From NCBI GenBank assembly GCA_050613775.1, contig JBODTK010000153.1, forward strand, positions 1 through 64,000: DNA of 64,000 nucleotides. The letters run 5' to 3'. The stretch comes from Neocallimastix sp. 'constans'. Taxonomy: Eukaryota. Positions 33,828 to 47,818 of the stretch are shown one piece after another. Within the stretch, counting starts at the first letter, position 1, and the number at the start of each line of letters is the position of its first letter. The position numbers and the translations under genes are program-made. Under the pieces are notes generated by a model that made no database searches, had not been told where the DNA came from, and saw nothing but the letters and a program-made list of their open reading frames with translations.

Positions 33828-36354
33828 GATAACTGTCCTAAAATTATGTATATAATAATTATTGATGCACGTGATATACATGAATCTAATGTGGCACAAA
33901 TGATGAATTGCTAAATATATAAAATGCTCACTGTAATATTTACATAAGAATAGAGGTTTAATTCCTAATAAATAAAAATAAATAAACAACATTAAAATTT
34001 ATTAATCATAAATTTAAGTGTGTTAACAGATTAAGAGTCTCAACGGCTCCAAAACAAAGCCCATTATTATATATTAACAAATAGTAGAATCAGAATATAA
34101 ACATTAGCTAGTACGAGAACATATATATAAAACATCTTTACTCTAAATTTTGTGTTTACTAGAATTTAAAAATCATGACAAAAGAATTCATACTCAATAA
34201 AGAACAATTCCTAAATGGCTCAAACTTTGATCCATGGTTCGGAAGGATAAAAACAGCCTTGGAAACCAGAAAATTAGTAAAATATATAAATAAAGATGTA
34301 ATAGCATCCATAAAAGAAAACTTCCCAAATGACGTAGAAAAGTTAAAAAAGGCTGAAAAGAAAAACTCCAGAGCAAAATCTTTAATAATCAACAATATCA
34401 CAGACGACGTATATGAACATGTGAAGAATCTTGAAAACTCATTTGAGGTAATGAGCAAACTTAAATCGTTATATAAAAAAGATAAAGCAATCACTTTACA
34501 AGAATGGATGGACAAACTACAAAAATTAAAGGCAAATAAATTAAATGAAATAGTAAGTACACTATTCAAAATAAGAGAAATATTTAAAGCCATGGAAGAT
34601 ACCTCTTCTAACATCGGTGAATTAGAAAAAGTAAAAATTATGTATAACTCCCTTCCTTTATATGCAAAATTTTTTATCCATCCAACAAAAGATTACACTA
34701 GTGAAAGATTTTTTAATGAAATAAACAATATAGTAACTTTTAAACTATATGCTGGAGATTCAAAATTAATTGAAGAAAATTTAGACAAGTATTTTGTCCA
34801 TGATAGAACACAAGATAATGAAAACGAAACTTCAATAAATTTAATTTCTAAATATACAAATAGAAAAATTAAAAATAAAAATAATTTTAAATATAAACAT
34901 AAGACTCACAATAATAAATATTGTTATATCTGCGAAAAGAAAGGACATACTACTAAAGAGTGCAGATATAATAAGAAAAGAAAACATTACTCAAATGAAG
35001 AATCTTCCAGTGAAAGTGAAAATGAAAATAAAAATAAACAAAAACAAAACAACAAAGCCAACAATATGGGAAAATCGTTAAATTTTATTGCGGCTGAAAA
35101 CTACGATGACAACAATGATTTTGACGCCAATGTTGACTTTAATGATATTAGAGAAATGTTTTAGCCACTAATTTAATTTAAATAAAAGGAAGTATAATAT
35201 TAATATATATATAAATAAATTAAAAAAAAAATTTTTTTATATATTATGTTACTAATAAATAAAAATTTTTAATTTATTATCCACTCTATAAATCCTAAAA
35301 TGATAAATACAATAAGAGTGAAACATCTCTACAGTTAATTAATTAATAATACTACAAATAACTATGTTTTATATATTATTATAATTTTATTATTCATAAA
35401 AAAAAAAAAAAAAAAAAAAAAAGGTGAGAATGTATTGTAATATATTTAAGAATGAATTATATTCATTTATTTACTCATAATTAAATTATATTAATAAGAA
35501 GAATGATAAAAGTAACTAATAAGATGACCATAAAATGGTTAATAAATCATCCTTATTAATGTAACATTAATAAGAAGAAAAATAATAAAATAATTTATCC
35601 TTATTAGTGAAATATCAATATAAGAATTGAATTTAAATCAAATTCTATTTATAAATATTAACAGAAATAACCTTATTTAATAAGAAGTCAATTAAATTTT
35701 TATTTTAATAATCCTTATTAATAAAGGTAATAAGATGATTAATTTACAAAAATCCTTATTAGTAAAAATAATAAGATGATAAATTTATTAAAAAAAAAAA
35801 AATCCTTATTAATATTAAATAATATTTTAATTTATAAAAATCCTTATTAATTTTGAAATTCATTTAAATTAATAAGATGAAAGAAAAGTAAATAAATAAT
35901 ATTTCATTCTAACATTAATATTGTGATAGATGATTTTCTTTTTAAGATAAAAATATAATTGTTTAATACAATTTAAATCCTATCATAATTATTAATATTG
36001 ACAAACCCATTTGTGCAAATTAATGATAAACAATAATAATGAATATTTAATATATTTATTTAGATCAAATTTTAATCCAATAATAATATACATAAATTAT
36101 TTTATTAATATCCAATCTTAATTTATTTTAATAAATCAAGATTGAGGGAGAGTGATAACTGTCCTAAAATTATGTATATAATAATTATTGATGCACGTGA
36201 TATACATGAATCTAATGTGGCACAAATGATGAATTGCTAAATATATAAAATGCTCAATGTAATATTTACATAAGAATAGAGGTTTAATTCCTAATAAATA
36301 AAAATAAATAAACAACATTAAAATTTATTAATCATAAATTTAAGTGTGTTAACA
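33827..36354 (+). mobile_element. Gag-only copia-type LTR element inserted in an (ATT)n microsatellite
   Basis: 202-bp LTRs at 33827-34028 and 36153-36354 (one mismatch seen); TSD ATTAT; PBS 34029-34042; PPT GAGGGAGAG. Confidence 0.95.
34175..35164 (+). CDS. Copia-type Gag
   Basis: LNGSNFDPW N-terminal motif, AKSLIINNITDD, CCHC CYICEKKGHTTKEC; no pol follows. Confidence 0.92.
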   Translation: MTKEFILNKEQFLNGSNFDPWFGRIKTALETRKLVKYINKDVIASIKENFPNDVEKLKKAEKKNSRAKSLIINNITDDVYEHVKNLENSFEVMSKLKSLYKKDKAITLQEWMDKLQKLKANKLNEIVSTLFKIREIFKAMEDTSSNIGELEKVKIMYNSLPLYAKFFIHPTKDYTSERFFNEINNIVTFKLYAGDSKLIEENLDKYFVHDRTQDNENETSINLISKYTNRKIKNKNNFKYKHKTHNNKYCYICEKKGHTTKECRYNKKRKHYSNEESSSESENENKNKQKQNNKANNMGKSLNFIAAENYDDNNDFDANVDFNDIREMF

Positions 36355-36443
<89 letters not shown>

Positions 36444-37613
36444 TTAATTTGTAAAAGATATATAAAAATTTTTATAAATGTAATTACATTTCCATATGCG
36501 AATTATGTATATTAAAATCTGAAGGAATTTTTGAAATATTTGATTCATAAACTACTTTATATATTTTTTAATATGTTCAATTAATAATAAATATAGCAAG
36601 GAATAAATCATACAATAAATTTGAATGTTTACAAATTTTATTTATTTTTATTTTTTCAATTTTTCCAATGTAAAAAATTCAAAAAGCATTTAGACAATTC
36701 ATTTAAATTTTTTTACCAATATTTCCAATTACAAAATATTATAAATATATTTAATTTTTATTAAACATGCAATTTTGTCTTTCCATTTTTTTTTAATTAA
36801 ATATATGTGAATATATGTAGTAAAGCATATAAATATATATTTTATTTATTTACAGATATTTTAAATTTGAAAAAAGTGGAAAGTTATTAAAATTTGTAAT
36901 ATCACATATCATATAGTTGAGAATTCCTCTTAAATTTATTATTGATAATGTAAAAAAAATAGTATTATTTTATTAATTAAAATTTAAAATTTATATATAT
37001 ATATATATATATATATTATACGAATTTTTGTGTTTTATTTTATTTTTTTCTTTGTATTTTTATTTTTATTTTATTATTTTTATTTTTTTTTATTGTTTAC
37101 TCTATAATTAAATTTTTTACTTTAATGTTGCCATCTACATCACATTCAATTGACGTTCCATCGCAGCAAATAGTGTTTAAGCCTCTTTTTGAAAAGAAAT
37201 TTAATTTCTTACGATCTTGCGATACTTTTCCATATGTTACTGTCCAAATAATAAATATATTTATTGCTAAAATATACATAAAAAAATTCATTTTATACAT
37301 ATATTTGTTATACATTTTTTAAGCTCAAATATTTTTTTTTTATTTATATTTATTAATATTCTTTTTTATAATTATATATTATTCATAAATATATATATAT
37401 TAAGATAATTATTTTTTTTTTTAAAAATATAATGTAATAAGAATAAATAACAATGATTAAAATTAAAATATTTTTTATATAAAATGTTTTATTAATGTTT
37501 AACTTAATTTTTATTAAACTTTTCCTTTTTTTTTATTTTTTTTTATTTTTTTATGTTTTATATTTTGAATTTTTAACAATACCTTAATTATTTTTATAAT
37601 TTGATAAAAGTTT

Positions 37614-38026
37614 TACGCACATAAGGTTTCTGGATGGACCATGGGACTACCTTCTGAATATATATTAGTTGATTTTCATCCTCCCACTGTGTTTTTTCCC
37701 TATAAATGAAGTTGATATTAGCTCACTACGGTAATTATTCCTGTATAATTTAGTGAAGAGAAAACTTGATTCATGAAAGGATTAGTGTTGATGTTCCTCC
37801 CTCAATGATGGTTCAAGAGATCACATAAAAGAAGCCCATCTTATAAAACGGCGTATAGGGAATGTCTTTTATATTAGCCTTGCATAGAGAGAGGTTCTTG
37901 TCGACTCTGAAATAGTTGCCAAAGAATCCAATGAGAGACTAATATGTTTGAAGGATAGATTCAAGGCCACACTGTGCACCTCTAAGGTTAATTTTAGTCT
38001 AAAAAAAAAAAAAAAAAAAAAAAAAA
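37614..38026 (+). mobile_element. SINE-like element (family B), 5'-truncated
   Basis: Colinear with 63415-63815; TAGTCT followed by A26; imperfect TSD GATAAAAGTTT/GATATAAGTTT. Confidence 0.7.
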
Positions 38027-38599
38027 GATATAAGTTTCAACATAAAAAAAAAAGGGAATTATATCTATTAAAAAAAGTTAAAATGAAAGAAACAATAAAA
38101 AAAAAAAGTGGTACATATATTATTTTTTATTTTATATGTTTATTCTAATAATTATTCTAAAAATAAAATTTTCGCAATATATATTATTTTGAAAATAAAA
38201 AATCTAACCTTTTTTTTTTTTCATTAAAAAAATATATGTCTCCAATTAAATTTATTTTATTTTTGTTTATTAATGAAATATTTATATTAAAAATTTTTTT
38301 ATATTTATATATTCAATAATAATAATATTGATAATTATAATTTTATGAAATTTATAATATTAAATATATAGAAAAAAATATAGTTATTTTTAATTTTATT
38401 TTTATAAAAATTGTCAATATATACTACTTATCAATTACATATTTTGAAATTATTAATAATATATTTTTGTTATATATATTATTAATAATTTTTTTATTTC
38501 TTTTTTTTAATTTAACAATTTTATTAATAATTCAATAGAAAATATTTAATAGAATACTTTAAACATAAATAATGAATACCATATTTATTTTATTTTACA

Positions 38600-39090
38600 T
38601 CTTTTTTTTAAAAATAAAATTATTATAAGTTGATTTAGAAGAATAATTATTAAGAAATAAATTTAGTCTATTATTACTAGTTTTGGAATCTTTGGAATAT
38701 ATCAAAATATTTGAATTATTAGATAAATTTAAAGATTCCATAAAGAATGTTTCAGAAGCACGCTCTTCGTTTGCTATATTATCTTTATCATAAAGACTTC
38801 TTAATATTATTTTATATATGTTTTAATAAAGGATAAAATACACTTATATTTATATGGCTTGGATTTGAACTCATACCATAATATGGAAAGACAAAAGCGA
38901 TGATAATTTAATATATTAATTGAAATAACTTCACCTCTTGAAATTTCAATATCTGTAGTAATTAATAAAGATATTTTTTTCTTCTTTTTTAAAAATAAAG
39001 TTTGGATCATTTTGTTCATAGCTTTTTAATGTTATCAAAATTTAAATTTAATAGTAGTCATGTCAAGCATAAGTATGATTCAAAAAGCTT

Positions 39091-39121
<31 letters not shown>

Positions 39122-39250
39122 CATCTTTATATCCATCCATTAATTATTTCGGAAAATTTCGATAATTTTTAATATATTACAATTTTGTGTTATACCACTA
39201 GTTTCCAAAGAAGTTTCAAAGAAATTCTTTAGTTTTTCCGTTTTTTTATA
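38600..39250 (-). pseudogene. Degraded coding-like sequence, product unknown
   Basis: Codon-like composition with frame breaks; no recognisable motif. Confidence 0.25.
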
Positions 39251-39789
39251 ATTAATTTTAGTAATATTTAGTTAAACTTTTTATAGTTTCCATTTTTATT
39301 TCAATATTATAATTAAAAAATTTAAAATATTTAAAATTAAAAAAAATATTAGATATTACATTCATTATATAAATTATAAGGCCAATACATGACATTCATA
39401 AAATATTTATGTAATTTCACATGAAAATAAAACTATGATATTACCAAAGATTAATGAATTAATGATAATTATATTTTATAATTGTATATTTTCAAAAACT
39501 AAATCTAATATCTTATAGTTTATATAATCACCATGAAATATGGAACAAGAACTTTTTTTTATATATTATTTTAATATAATTAATAATGAAATATTTTATT
39601 GATTAATAAAAATTATTATTTTTATCTTTGTATAATGGATGAAATTTGAATCAATATGTCATTCGATGTTATATGATATCATATATCAAATAAATAATAA
39701 TAGTATTATTTATTCTTCAAATAAATGAATATTTTATAAGTATATATTTTTATAATTATCCTAAGAAAAAACAAAACAAAACTGCAGTG

Positions 39790-40100
39790 TTTATTTATAA
39801 ATTGACCTGCTATATCTAATTGTTTCCTACATGTTACTTTTAAATGTATAATTCTTCGATTATTACTTCAATATTCTCAATTATTTAAAATAAAATGGTA
39901 ATAGAAACTATTTGAAAATAAATGTAAAATATTTACACCATAAAAATTATTGTTAAATTTTTCTAAAATAATATTTTGAAATGCCAAGGTTATATCTTTA
40001 CTTATGTTAAAAAAAAATGAATCGTTTATATCATTATTAAAATCAAGAATTATTCTATTTATATTCACTATAAATAAATTCTTTTCTATTGTCATTTCTA
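39790..40100 (-). pseudogene. Fragment resembling the N-terminal exon of the receptor family at 24213-29337
   Basis: Loose similarity (ILDFNN...LAFQNIILEKF vs IFNFKN...LKFVNIKFKNF). Confidence 0.35.
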
Positions 40101-40256
40101 TATTAAATTAATAAATTTTAACATAATGATTATCAATTAATTACAGTGTCAATTTATCGGCACTATTTTGGTTATTATGAATAATATTTTTTATATCATA
40201 AAATTTATGATCTTCATAATACAGCATCACTTGGTAATATAAATAATTTATCTTTT

Positions 40257-41310
40257 TTGATTAAGACTTCTTCTGGTAATCATGAACTTTTAAAGAAAAT
40301 GAATTATTCAACTGAAAATAGTTCATTACAAGCAAATAGTTTTCAACAACAAATTTATAATACTAATAAGAGTCTACAAAGTAATTATATTAAATTTAAT
40401 TCAAAGTATTTTTTATTTTTATTATATATATATATATAAATTATTAATTAACTATATATTAAATAAATATAATAACAATAGTAATAATTAATAATAATAA
40501 TAATATATAGATAATAAAAAAAAAAAAAAAAAAGTATTAATGATAATAATAATAAAATAAAGAATAATATATATTTGATATAATTAATCCAGAATCATCT
40601 AATCTATTGAATCATCCTATGAATTCATCAAGTAGTAATCAATCCTTACCAAGAGGATATTCAAACTTTAATTAAATGTTAGGTTTTTCTTCATCATCAT
40701 TTCAACAACTACCACCATAATCACTACTACCACAACAATTACTAAAATAGGAAAATATTAAAAAATATTTCTGTGATAAATAATAATAAATCAGTATTAG
40801 ATGATTCAACCTTATTTAATTCTATGTCTATTTCAACTTCTATATATAATAATAACTATCCTAAAAATCAAAATTTATATTATCAATCTCAATCCATAGA
40901 TCGTATTATGGAGTATTTAGATAAAAATATAAATGTAAATAATAAAAATACTAATTGCGATTATCCAACTTCACACTTTAATTCAAATAATATAATTTAA
41001 AACAATATAAATATAAATAGCAATACCAATAATAATTTCAATAATCATATTTATACAACTTTTGTCACTGTAGCTTATTCATCCTAATAATAGTATTACT
41101 AAAACAGAATCAATACCTATTCAGAATTATTCGAGTAACTTTGATAAATTATTTAATTTAAATAGTTTGTTAGTTGACAATACTAAAAGTCAAGAACCAC
41201 TTCAAGTTCAATCAACTAATCATAATGGAAATATAGTACTACATATTATTATTACATCTGCTACTACTACTAATGTTAATAATACTAATACCAATAATGA
41301 CAAAATTAAA
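40257..41310 (+). pseudogene. Fragmented S/N/Q-rich coding remnant
   Basis: Successive short ORFs in different frames with internal stops. Confidence 0.35.
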
Positions 41311-41816
41311 ATTTTGTATGATTTACATAAAAAATTTTTTTTTTTTCAAAATAATTTAATAAAATTAATTAAAATTTGGTAATTAGTGTATTTATTTTAT
41401 ATTTATTTTGTTTTGTATTATATGTCATTTTCTTAATATTTTTACTTTATAAAAAAATTTAAATAATGAATATAATAATAAATTTAAAATTAAAAATAAT
41501 ATTAAAAAAAAAAAAAAAAAAAAAAATCCAATTCTTTTATATTTCTAAATTTACTATTTGATATAATGAACATATGTAATTATTAACATACTAACAAATA
41601 AAAAAATATAATAGTTTAAAAGTTAAAATATAATAAAAAATATATATATTTTATTATTTATTTTTTCTTTTGTAAATCCTTATTATTATTATTAATTTTA
41701 TTTATCAAAAGATTTTGTATTAGAATATATATAGTATATAATATATTAATATTATATAAAAAATATATATATATATTTTTTTTTTTCTTTAAAGATTTTA
41801 GTATATATATATACAT

Positions 41817-41869
<53 letters not shown>

Positions 41870-42634
41870 CAATGAAATCAATAATAAAAATAATATGATT
41901 TATGATTTAATAAATTATCATAAAAAAATTATTAATATATTGAATTAACATTATTCATTTTTTTTTTTTTTTTTTGAATGTATTTCTAATCTAAAATTTT
42001 TAAATTTCTATTTTTCAAATATATTTTAACATATTATATATTTAATTTTAAGTTTTTTATAATTTCTATTTTTTATAGTTTATATAATATATATTTTTAG
42101 TTGAAATGTAATAATATATTCTATATATTTATTTATTTTTTTCTTTATTTTTTATTTTTATTCTTACTCTTTTATTATTATTATTATTATTATTTATTTA
42201 TTTATTTTATTTTATTCTATTTTATTTTATTCTATTTTATTTTATTCAGAAAATGTATTTGTACTTTTTTTTTTTATCATTAATCATATATACATCTTTA
42301 TATATATATTTTAAAATTATTATATGAAAATAAAAATGTATAAATATATTAAGAATTCATTTTTTATATGTAGAATAATATATATTATTTAAACTGTACG
42401 TATTAATATTAATTTAATTATTTATATTATTACTTTACTTAAAATTTTTAATCTATTATGTATAAATATTTAATTAAAATATTGATTGAATCGTTTATTT
42501 TATTTCTAAAAAATTAAAAAAAAAAAAAAGGATAAATAATTTATATCTTTTTTTTTTATCTTGAGGCTGAAATTTTTTGTGCATTTATTTATTTTTGGTT
42601 TTACTTTTTATTTTTACTTTTTATTTTTTTTTTT

Positions 42635-43375
42635 CTAATTTTGTTTCATGTTCATTTCATGATATTTTCTTAAAATTGGAATAACAATTTTTTGATATAA
42701 TGTTACTTTACCATTTCCATAACCAGCCCAATAAATACCGATAATTTTTATGAGCCAATAATACCAGTATGGATTTTTATTTTTAGTACCGTATTTTTTT
42801 ATAGCCTTTTGAGTATTAGCACTGACCATGTTATCAGAGATATGAAAAACACCATAAAATAACCAATAGATAACCCAATACTTGTATCTATCTTTATTTG
42901 TAATTACATCTTTATCTTTATTTATAATATTATTTTTATAATTATTTAAATAATTATTTGATTCATATTCATCGTCATCATTGGAAGAAGAATTAGTCAA
43001 ACTTTCAGAATAAATTAATTTAATACAAGAAGAACTAGGACCAGCAATAGCAAACGCATCTGAGAGAAGACGAGGTCTTTTAGACCATAAATAACGTATA
43101 TAAGAAGAAATAGAAAAAAGCGCTATTGCAAATAAACCTAAAAAGCCATATTTCTTTGGAATATTAAGTGAATTACATAGTTGAGTGAAGGATGGATTTG
43201 AGCAAATTTTATGCTCTACTATTGATAATTTTGGAATTAAATTTTGTTGTAAAGAAAGTAAAAAATTTTTAAGAGCTTCCAATGAAGGTTTTGAAAAGTT
43301 TGGATTTTCTATAGTACGATCAATGTAAACCGAAAGTACCTTTGAAATAGATTGAGTATCATTCCTATAATTCAT
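42635..43375 (-). CDS. REEP/Yop1 (TB2/DP1/HVA22)-like membrane protein
   Basis: YWVIYWLFYGVF and YYWLIKIIGIYW...G..TLYQKIVIPIL match the family pattern. Confidence 0.7.
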   Translation of the reverse strand: MNYRNDTQSISKVLSVYIDRTIENPNFSKPSLEALKNFLLSLQQNLIPKLSIVEHKICSNPSFTQLCNSLNIPKKYGFLGLFAIALFSISSYIRYLWSKRPRLLSDAFAIAGPSSSCIKLIYSESLTNSSSNDDDEYESNNYLNNYKNNIINKDKDVITNKDRYKYWVIYWLFYGVFHISDNMVSANTQKAIKKYGTKNKNPYWYYWLIKIIGIYWAGYGNGKVTLYQKIVIPILRKYHEMNMKQN

Positions 43376-43736
43376 TTTTACTTTTTTTATTTTACTTTAT
43401 TTTATGTATTTACTTATTTTTTAATATCTTATATTTATTTCTTTTTAATTGATAAGCCAAAAAAAAAAGAAAAAATTACGATTTTAATTGTATAAATTTA
43501 TTTTAATAAATAAAAAAATATATATTTATATAAATTAGTATAAAGAATTAATGTTTATAAATTTAAATAATAATATTAATAGTTCTATTATTATTGTATA
43601 GATTTTAAAATAACAAAAAAAAAAAAATAAAAAATTTAAATTATAAGAATTTATATATATAATATAATACTTATTTTTGATAATATATATATATTTTTTT
43701 TAAAAAACTAAAAAAAAAAGTTTATTTACATTCCAC

Positions 43737-43776
<40 letters not shown>

Positions 43777-44123
43777 GCATTATTATTTTACATTTCAAAA
43801 AATTCTATTTCTAAATACTCTTTTCAAATTTATTAAAATTAGTATCAATTTTACTTACTTATAATTATATTATCGTTTTAATTTTAAATGTTCGTATTTA
43901 TATAACTTTGAATTATTTTTTATTTATCTATTAAATTTAATCTTCAATGTAAATCATAAATATTACTTTTTTATTTCTTTATTTATATTTTTTTATTAAA
44001 GAAATAAAAAAGAAAATATTATTTAAATAATATTTATTAACAAATATTATTATATATATTATATAATTTAATTCATTATAAAGTAATAAATATTAATATA
44101 ATTTTAAATATATTCTAATATAC

Positions 44124-44162
<39 letters not shown>

Positions 44163-45180
44163 ATTTCGTTATAAAATATATTTATAATTTAATATATTAA
44201 TAATATATTTTTTTTTAAATATGAATCATAAGAATTATTAATAAAAAAATTTAAATATATAAGTTTTTTCATAATAAAAATATATTTATATATATATATT
44301 AATGAATAGTGTCATTTTTTGATGATAAATATAAAAGTTAATTTGTAATGTTAAATTTTAAAAACAAAGTAAATATAAAATACCAAGAATAAAAAAAGTT
44401 TGAATATGAATAATTATTTGATTTTTTTTTTTTTTTTTTTTTTTTAATATTATCTTATATTTTATTGGAATATAATTTATATTTTATTATGGTTTTTAAA
44501 TTTTAATTAATATTTAAAGTTTGTTCTTGAATTTTTTTTTTAAGATTTATAAAATCAAACATTATTATTCAATTTTTTATTATTTAATTATTTATTATTA
44601 TTATTATTTATTATTTATTATTTATTATTTATTATTTATTATTTATTATTTATTATTTATTATTTATTATTTATTATTTATTATTTATTATTTATTATTA
44701 ATTATTATTATTTATTATTTATCATTTATTATTTATTATTTATTATTTATTTATTTATTGTTATTTATATATTTTTTTATTTCATTTGATTAAGATTTAA
44801 TTTTTCGATTTAATTTGATTATTATATTATAAAATATAATTAAATATTATATTTATAATTAAATATTATATTTAATTATAATATTGATAATAATTTTTAT
44901 TGTACTAAATGTTTTTTTGAATTAAATTTTTTTTAATTTCAATTAATTAAAATATTTTAAATAATTTCCATTGGTCAAATTACTTTAAAATAAATATGAA
45001 AGGAAAAATTCTTTTTCCTTTTTTTCCTTTATGGTAGTTTTTATAAATTAAATGTAAACTTGAAATTACTTTATTATATGTTCTTTCTTTTTAATTTTTT
45101 TATATTTATTTGATAAAAAAAATATTACATATATACAGTAGGAAAATTAAAATGATATATTAATTCATCATTAATTATAG

Positions 45181-46017
45181 TCATTTATAAAACTATAAAA
45201 TGAATATTACATTAATATAGAATTATATATTCAAAGAAATATTAATTAGAAATAATGATCTGAAAAATACAATAAAACTGAATTATTATTTGTAGTAATA
45301 TTGCTATCAATAATATTAGTATTATCAGAATTATTATTAATACTATTATTATTATTTGCTTTACTATTAGTTAAACTATTTAATATTGACTTTTCATTTT
45401 TATAAAATTTTTGTATGGAAGTATATAATGGTGATTTATTAGAAGTGCTGGCATTTTTATTAATATTACTGCTGGCATTGTTGTTGCTATTATCATTACT
45501 ATTTATATTATTTATTGAATTAATATTAATTATATGATCATTTTAAATAAGTAGTGAATCATGAGTAGAATTTAATGGTGAAAGGTAAGAATGTAACGTA
45601 GCTTTTTTATTTCTATAAGCAGCTAATGAACTTAAATGTTGAATATGACTTCTAATAGATTATATTATTATAACCAAAGTCATATTCAACATTTAAGTTC
45701 ATAATATAATCTATTAGACGATTCTATTGGTTGCGAAGATATAGATTTATATTGAGAAAGTATAATATTAATATATAAAGATAATATATATGGGTTCTTT
45801 TCATAGCTCAAATTTAATTATTATGTTTTATATATAATAATTCAGAAGTAGAATTTATATATGAAGGTATCGGTGGTAAATCATGTATTATACCCGCTCT
45901 AGATGGATTTTGTCAATTATAAATAATAAATTAATTAATAAAAAAAAAAAATTAATTATATTAAAATATTTTAATAACTTATTATATTTTTAACATTATA
46001 TATCCAATATTTTATTA

Positions 46018-46059
<42 letters not shown>

Positions 46060-46900
46060 AAAAACTTAACAATATTTATAATTTCTCGAATTTTCCATTT
46101 CTGAATTTTTTTTTTAATGCATTTTATTAAATTTTCTTCATCTAGTTGTAAGTTATGAATTTCAACATCCTTTTGACTATTTTTTTTTTAATTAGGTAAT
46201 AATTGTTCCTTTTTGGGATTCTTGCTTTATATATGATATATTATTAATAATTTTTCATTATAACTCTTCATTGTAATTGAACATCTAATTCATTTTTAAT
46301 AATTCTAGTATCATTAACAATATCAGTTACATATTTCTTGAAATTTGGTGCTAACGTTTGAATTTTTTGAACTCGATTCATTATATTCTGTTTATATATT
46401 TTTGTTTTATAATAAAGATTATAGTATTTACGAGTCCTGTATTTAATTTCATTTTCAAAATTTAATATTTTTGATTGAGTTTTTGCTAGAATATATTCTT
46501 GTTCATCATTGATTTGATTAAGATGAGAATGTAATTTACAATTGATTTCAATTAAATATTTATAAACTTGATACAATTCATCATTTCTAATCTTCAACAT
46601 ATACAATGAGGATTGATCTGGTGTAATTTTATTTGAATTAATAATTGTATTTTTATAGTATTTCTTAATAACTTTACTTCTTTTTCAATATCTTTCATAT
46701 CATCTAATGTATATTGACATCTTGTAATTAATTATTCTTGCTTATTAATTGTTATCTTTAATTTATTATTTATATTATTTTTCATATTAATTGTATTATA
46801 AATATTATTGGATAGATACTTTATAATAAGCTTTAGATATAAGGGACATAGAAGATAATGGAATGGTCATTTTGACTTTTATCATCACTTTCATTTTCTT
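45181..46900 (-). pseudogene. Degraded coiled-coil / low-complexity gene remnant
   Basis: 112-aa coiled-coil-like ORF 46268-46606 with flanking broken coding-like sequence. Confidence 0.35.
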
Positions 46901-47818
46901 GATTTTTTAATCTATTCTTTAAATAGTTAATTTGTTAATAAATGACATCATTCTGAATTGTAAATTTATTAATATTTACATTAATTACTGAAGTTTTCTT
47001 TTAAAGTTGATGGAATGTAAGTTTTACTATTAATTTCTTTAGAATATATTAAAAAAAATTTATTGTAAAAAAATAAATTAAAAATATAAAAAAATATACA
47101 TTATTAAATCATATTAAAAAATGTGAAGTATATAATATAAAATTATAATCATAATAAATAATATAATTTTATTAAGTACATTATAACATCAAAGCGATGT
47201 AACACAAATATAAATATATATTAATAAAAAATTTATATTTAAAATAAATAAATAAATAGTGAAATATAAATAAATGAAATCAATAATAAAATATATAACT
47301 ATATAATATAATAAAAAAAAAAAATAATTATTTAACAAATAAAATTGATAATATTTTAAATATTTTTTTTTTTAATAATAAATAATTATATTTATTAATT
47401 TTAATTATATAAAATAATTTTATTTATTTATTTATATATTATTATTTATCAAAAATTTGAAATTATTTAATTTGTTGATTTTTAATATAGACTAATTTTA
47501 ATATTAATAAAATTTTTTCAATTATATTAAATATATATTAAAAAAATGGTGAAAAAATTATTCCCCTTATTTTATTTTTTTATATTAAAAAAAAAAAAAA
47601 TAAAAATAAATTTTTTAAATAAAAAAAGTGAAAAATTGTTGAAAGGGTCATATACATATTCTTTAAATAGAATAAATTTATAAATTGAATATCATAATAT
47701 TCAAAAATCTTTAATAAAAAAATAAATGCATTCATTATAATATATTATTATATATAATATAAATAAAAATTACCGAAATTTATATTCACAAATTAAAAAA
47801 AATAATAAAATAGAAAAA

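Larger units (their letters stand above)
31198..37315 (-). pseudogene. Secreted leucine-rich-repeat gene or remnant with short exons; two LTR elements in its introns
   Basis: Signal peptide plus CCDGTSIECDVDGNI at 37315-37120; LRR-like exons at ~36855-36940, ~33606-33675, ~31454-31518 (LKKIPTEVVELTDLKE) and ~31198-31260 (LSNTSITEILSDLFKSL). Confidence 0.5.

Noticed and set aside
37930..38000. GAGAGACTA...TAGTCT resembling group I intron P7 elements
   Set aside because: No P/Q elements, P9 or terminal G seen; followed by poly(A) and a TSD; GACTA is not conserved in the 63.7-kb copy.
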